A DNA stretch of 63,953 nt, counting the filler, from Tortispora ganteri (taxonomy: Eukaryota), in assembly GCA_003707115.1 (NCBI GenBank). It is 21 parts of 21 records of this genome, joined end to end, with 100 filler letters (N's around TTAATTAATTAA, not from the genome) between each part and the next. Parts side by side here need not be neighbours in the genome. Positions count along the whole stretch, not along the records: positions 58,709 to 61,359 come from PPNB01000119.1; positions 61,460 to 63,953 come from PPNB01000125.1; 19 more parts are not named here. One strand, given 5' to 3'. Below are positions 58,709 to 63,953 of the stretch, in pieces. Positions within the stretch are counted from its first letter, which is position 1; every line of letters starts with the position of its first letter. The translations under genes and the position numbers were made by a program. Below the pieces are notes generated by a model. The model was not told the DNA's origin. It did no database searches and was given only the letters and a program-made list of their open reading frames with translations.

Positions 58709-61359
58709 GCTTAAAATCGTTGAAGACGCAAGAACGCTCGAGCTAGCAACTGAAGCACTTGGCAACATGCTTGAATTACCAAATGTAGAAGTTGACACGA
58801 CAGCACTCGAGAAGCTTAAGAAAGAGGTCGACAGCAGACTTGAGTTGCTGATTATTGAAGAAGGTGCCAAACCACTCGAAGGACTAGGTGACAGACTTTG
58901 AGTGGCAGTGGCACTCGAGTTAGTCAATATCGAAGACAGAGATCCGGTACTAGATATTCCAGCACTTTCCGAAGGCGCTGAACCACTTGAGCTGCCTATA
59001 GTGGATGAAGAAGATAGAACGCTTGAAAAACCTATAATCGACGAAGAGGTAAAAACACTAGAATCAGAAATGGCGCTCGATCCATGAGCAAAACTCGATT
59101 CAGAAACAATATGACTAGTGCTGGAATTACCATATGAGCTCCAGCCAATACTGGAACTTAGTGCATTACTTGAAGCAGTAGAAAGAACTGAGCCGGATGT
59201 AACACTAGAGCTTGCAGTCACACTCGAAGATCCGGGGCCTACTGATGAGCCTGATACAACACTAGAGCCGGGTGCAGCTGAGGATCCTGACGCAGCTGAA
59301 GATCCTGATACAACACCAGAACTGGGTGCAGCTGAGGATCCTGACGCAGCTGAAGATCCTGATACAACACTAGAACTGGGTGCAGCTGAAGATCCTGATA
59401 CAACACTAGAGCCGGTTACAGCCGAAGATCCTGATACAACACTAGAGCCGGGTGCAACCGAGGATCCTGACGCAGCCGAAGATCCTGGAGCAACTGGGGA
59501 GCTAGAGGCTGCTGAGGATCCGGCTGCTGCACTTGAGGCAGAAGAGAGTTGACTAGTGCTAGAATTTCCATATGAGCTCCGTCCAAAACTGGATTTCAGT
59601 GCAGTGCTAGAGGCAGATGGAATTGCTGGAGAAGATAATGTAGTTGAAACGGAAGTCATGCTAGAACTTGAGGCGAGACTCGAGCCCGATGCGGTAGAAG
59701 AGCTGGGGGAAGCTGAAGATCCCGAGCCGATGCTAGAGTCGGAAGATGCAGACGACCCGGAAGCGATAGAGGATCTAGATGCAATTGAGCTAGCAGCAAC
59801 TAAAGAACTGGAAACAATAGCAGATCCTGAGGCAACTGAGCTAGGTGCAATTGAAGAGCTAGAAACAACTGATGAGCTAGCAGCAACTGATGAGCCGGGG
59901 GCAGCAGAGGATCCTGACCCAATTGAGCTAGGTACAATTGAAGAGCTAAAAACAACTGATGAGCTAGCAGCAACTGATGAGCTAGCAGCAACTGATGAGC
60001 TAGCAGCAATTGGAGAGCTAGAAACAACTGGAGAGCTAGCAGCAACTGATGAGCTAGCAGCAATTGGAGAGCTAGAAACAACTGGAGAGCTAGCAGCAAC
60101 TGAGCTAGGCGCAATTGGAGAGCTAGAAACAACTGATGAGCTAGAAACAACTGATGAGCTAGAAACAACTGATGAGCTAGAAACAACTGATGAGCTAGAA
60201 ACAACTGATGAGCTAGAAACAACTGATGAGCTAGAAACAACTGATAAGCTAGCAGCAACTGAGCTAGGTGCAATTGAAGAGCTAGAAACAACAGAAGACT
60301 CCGGAAAAACACTAGATTCCAATATAATCGATAAGGCTGAACTAACTGAAGGAATAGGATTAACCGGCTCAGGTGATCCACTTGTGGATGCAGACACAGA
60401 TATGGATATTGTCTCGCCACTAGTAGTAGTGAACACAATACTCACGGTCAGGGAAACTCCGGCTTGACGCTTGAATCGAGCCGCCGATCCAAAGGCCGCA
60501 ACAGGAATGACTATACGTATTGGATAGAAGTGTCCAGCAGCAAAGTCGACGGGAAAACTAGCTTTGAAGCCATTTGAACTAGCCAGTGGGGCAGTGGCAG
60601 AAGAGCCAGAAGAGCCAATAAGGTCCATGTTATCGCACCGCATAGCCAATTCGCCATCAAAGAGGTACGCGTAAGTATCTGCAAGATTACTAGGATCCTG
60701 TGCTTGTACATCTGCAAACGCAATGTCGGCTGAGGGTTCAAGGTAAAACAGGTACTCGACGTAGCCTTGTCCGGATACGGATGCCGATATAGAGTCTGAC
60801 GAGACAGTGGCGGCCACGTCGTCTCGCTGGTAGTTCCTGTACTCCCCGTTCTGGATATCGCTCGACGACAAGTCTACTGCGCCTTCATATATAGCGGCAA
60901 ATACTTCGCCTGAGCTGTAAGCAGGTGTAGTTGAGCATGCGTCTGCAGGCACTGTCGTGTGGGCTGTCGTTGGAACAGTTACTGCAGCTGTAGTGGGTGG
61001 CGTAGCGGGGTGCGTAGGCGGAGGCGTAGGTGCTATAGTCTCCGTGATAATAACTGGAATCTCAATAGAAACGTGCACGTCAACCGACACGGACATAGAC
61101 ACGGACTCGTAGTATGACCAGACATAGGTGCAGTCGTCTTTGACGAGCGGCGGACTAGGAACATAGGTCACCGTAGCGGGTGTGCATTGGTTGCAGTACC
61201 AGCCTGAAACTGTAGACACATAAGGCGCGCATTGGTCGTCGTAGACAGTCGCACGTGTAGTACCAGACTCAGAAGTATACAAACGTCCGTAGACAGTAGA
61301 AGTTTCAACAGGTGGGCTGCAAATGAGCGTGTTCGTTTCCACGATAGTACTGTATATTG
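58709..61359 (-). CDS. Adhesin-like family member (paralog or allele of 39151-41362), partial at both ends
   Basis: Same Cys-rich and PA14/GLEYA-like domains (FYPIRIVI), FKR site, different numbers of 18-bp stalk repeats. Confidence 0.85.
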
Positions 61360-61459
61360 NNNNNNNNNNNNNNNNNNNNNNNNNNNNNNNNNNNNNNNNN
61401 NNNTTAATTAATTAANNNNNNNNNNNNNNNNNNNNNNNNNNNNNNNNNNNNNNNNNNNN

Positions 61460-62262
61460 ACAAATATCACCATATGGCAGTAGATGTGCTATCTTTGGAG
61501 GCATTCATTCTTGTGCCCAGAGCATTTTCTGTCGCATCCATATACCCTTATTACGGAACATTGCTTCCGTGTGTGCGAGCAATGATGTATGATCTTATTC
61601 AGTTTGTTCCACTAATTTGCGTGTGCTTCTTCGGGTTTCTTGTCACATTCTGTTCGCTGGGCAAAGACGTTTATAGCATTCAAAGTATGAGCGGATTACT
61701 TATACGTGTATTTTTTGGATCAGCAGGCACCGGCCTTGATGCCGCGCCCGTCATCAACGACGTGCTAGGAACCCCGCTTATGCTGTTTTTCATTGCGTTA
61801 ACCAACTTAGTACTTGTCACTTTCATTATATCCATCTTGTCGCAGCGATATATGGTAATGATCGGAAATCAGCGTGAGGAATACGAGCTAATGTTTGCAT
61901 CTCACGTTCTAGACACTATAACAACGTCAGACAAAGTGACATATTTCTATCCACCATTGAATATAGTGTCGTTTTTATTCCGTCCATTGCGATACACTAT
62001 GTCTGCAGAACACTATCAGCATTTCCGCATAGTATTATTGAAGATCACACACTTTCCTTGGGTATCCTGTATTTGGCTGTTTGAATATCTGAGGCCGAGA
62101 AAACGATCTCTGTCCCATAACTCGGCTTTACCTTTCCCGGGGGAAGAAACCGAAGAAACTAACCCTCTTGATGCACGTCTTTCGACAATGGAAGACGAAC
62201 TCAAAGCTCTCAGACAACTCCTCCAAGAAGTTCTACAAAAGAAGTCTGAAAAAGATACATAG
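61460..62262 (+). CDS. YVC1: Vacuolar TRP cation channel, C-terminal part
   Basis: YYGTLLP, TM5-pore-TM6 pattern (VFFGS...G.D, LGTPLMLFFI), YPPLNI, LLKITHFP, C-terminal coiled coil. Confidence 0.8.
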
Positions 62263-62296
62263 CTAGAAGTAACTATAAGTGATCATGCATTCCTTT

Positions 62297-62962
62297 TCAG
62301 ATGTAGTCTTGACCGTTGCCACCGAATGGATCAGGAGGATCCCATCTCATAGAGCCCGGACCCATGCGAGATCCAGAAGGTCTATTACCAGGGAAAGAAG
62401 GATGCATGCCGCGTCCAGGACGAAGGTTAGGCATACCAGGCTGCATAGGCGGATTAGGTCCGAGTCCAGGCGGATACAGATCATCAGCTCCATAGTTTCT
62501 GAAATCTGGCACACCTGTCACTGAAGGTGGCTCCTCATTGTTAAATAATGGAGGAGGAAGTTCATCGCCATAATTCCGTCGATGATCAACTGGTACACCG
62601 TTGCCAGTTGATCTATCATTGTCACTTATATTTGCCTCCAAGGATACTGGTCTCGCTGCGCGTTGTGAGGACTCAACATTCGTCGCCCTGGTTTGATCGC
62701 GTGATGAGTTCAAAGAATTCTCAAAAAGCAGGATGAAAGACCTAACTGCGTCGCTAATCTGTGAAGAGTTAATGGAAGGCGTCAGCTCAATGGGATACGT
62801 AGTAGTGCCTGAAGGGTCTTCAGGAATAAATGAAACAAAAAGCCAACCACGTTTCGAAAAGATATAAACCTCGATAATTATATTTGCTTTTTTATAGGTT
62901 AAACTAGACGTTTTACCATAATCGCAGGCTTTAAACGCCTCATCAATGGATTCTTCATACAT
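62297..62962 (-). CDS. FUB1: Proteasome regulator PI31/Fub1-like
   Basis: GADDLYPPGLGP, GMHP, RWDPPDP Pro-rich tail, C-terminal DYI (HbYX-like). Confidence 0.8.
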   Translation of the reverse strand: MYEESIDEAFKACDYGKTSSLTYKKANIIIEVYIFSKRGWLFVSFIPEDPSGTTTYPIELTPSINSSQISDAVRSFILLFENSLNSSRDQTRATNVESSQRAARPVSLEANISDNDRSTGNGVPVDHRRNYGDELPPPLFNNEEPPSVTGVPDFRNYGADDLYPPGLGPNPPMQPGMPNLRPGRGMHPSFPGNRPSGSRMGPGSMRWDPPDPFGGNGQDYI

Positions 62963-63023
62963 ATTGTCGAAAGTCTATTACACTTTCATTCATCTCAACT
63001 ACACTAGTGTATGACAGACGACT

Positions 63024-63123
63024 ACCACAAACCACGAACCACGAACCACGAACCACGAACCGCGGACCACGACGACCCGCGACGACCCGCCCGCCCGACA
63101 ACGCGCGACAACGCGCGACAGCG
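63024..63123. repeat. GC-rich nested short repeats (AACCACG)x4, (ACGACCCGCG)x2, (GACAACGCGC)x2
   Basis: Directly visible; strand-skewed, almost T-free 100-nt tract. Confidence 0.85.
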
Positions 63124-63402
63124 ATTTGAGCGTACTGGGGCGGGTTGGTAGTTACAGCGAGCATTGGTGGATCGGGGGAGGTGTGAGTGACGGGGTGATC
63201 TAGGCAGTAGGGGTGTAGAAGTGAATAAAGATATTAAAATCACACAAACTGATTTATAAACTGATATATATTTTCTAGTAGAGAAATTAGTACAGAATCG
63301 TAAGCGTCAGCGGTGTTGTGCAACTACACCGGTGCAGCGCGGTCACGCATTGAGTTTGACGAGTAAACAGGCACGTTCGCGTACGATAAGATCTACGTCA
63401 TG

Positions 63403-63953
63403 AAGGAGCTAGAGAATACTATATATGATATATAATAACTGTATTTATAACAGATAGTATTCAATGATAAAATACTAAGGCACAATAAGAGGTTTGTGTG
63501 GTGCTATGTAGATGTACAGGCGCTGCAGCGATCGTTTGTCGCACTTGAAGTCTATGTATAAGAGAAATAGCAAGTGCGACAAATTGTCAGGGTTAGGTAT
63601 ATCACGTAAGGAGCTAGAGAATACTATATATGATATATAATGACTGTATTTATAACAAATAGTATCTATAACAAAGAGTATCTATAACAGATAGTACTCA
63701 ATGATAAAATACTAAGGCACAATAAGAGGTTTGTGTGGTGCTATGTAGATCTACCGCCGTTGCAGCGATCGTGTGTCGCACTTGAAGTCTATGTATAAGA
63801 GAAATAGCAAGTGCGACAAATTCAGGGTTAGGTATATCACGTAAGGAGCTAGAGAATACTGTATACGATATATAATGACTGTATTTATAATAAATAGTAT
63901 CTATAACAAAGAGTATCTATAACAGATAGTACTCAATGATAAAATACTAAGGC
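63403..63953. repeat. Tandem 205/235-bp non-coding repeat containing a 13-bp inverted repeat and a TCAGGGTTAGG motif
   Basis: Units start at 63403, 63608, 63843; the length difference is mostly extra 16-bp TATAACAAATAGTATC subrepeats. Confidence 0.93.

Noticed and set aside
63311..63331. Helitron 3' hairpin
   Set aside because: No CTRR terminus at the expected ~10-12 nt distance on either strand, and no Rep/helicase evidence
63535..63583. loxP/FRT-like recombination site (13-bp arms)
   Set aside because: Spacer is 23 bp, not the 6-8 bp used by tyrosine recombinases, and no recombinase gene is visible; kept only as a palindrome

Overview
This is not contiguous genome. It is a pseudo-scaffold of 21 short contigs (about 3.3 to 2.5 kb, roughly descending in size) joined by 20 identical 100-nt linkers (44N-TTAATTAATTAA-44N). 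The source is a compact, intron-poor budding yeast (Saccharomycotina-like) using the standard genetic code: CTG encodes Leu in the conserved IDI1 CCSHPL motif. It contains housekeeping genes, many of them partial: MCM4, OCT1, IML1, an ERp38-type PDI, TOM22, RIO2, IDI1, TAP42, YPT6, a vezatin-like gene, ETT1, VMA1, pyridoxal kinase, PEX11, NRK1, CAF40, MSN5, GPM1, YVC1 and PI31/FUB1. There is also an expanded modular family of Ser/Thr-rich adhesin-like genes, and four pairs of near-identical (allelic) contigs. The strongest signal is a young Ty1/copia retrotransposon (539-bp LTR, TGTTGG...CCAACA) seen at three sites, all in Pol II promoters. Two sites are hemizygous, with the empty allele present in the window, and in both the LTR begins exactly 21 bp after a GGTAAC (Reb1-like) motif, suggesting factor-tethered promoter targeting. 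A second unexplained system is a non-coding module of phased CCAAT boxes plus Cbf1/CDEI-like and telobox-like motifs, shared by several gene-free regions. A spliced HSBP1-like micro-gene and a VMA1 ATG-only first exon were missed by the ORF track.
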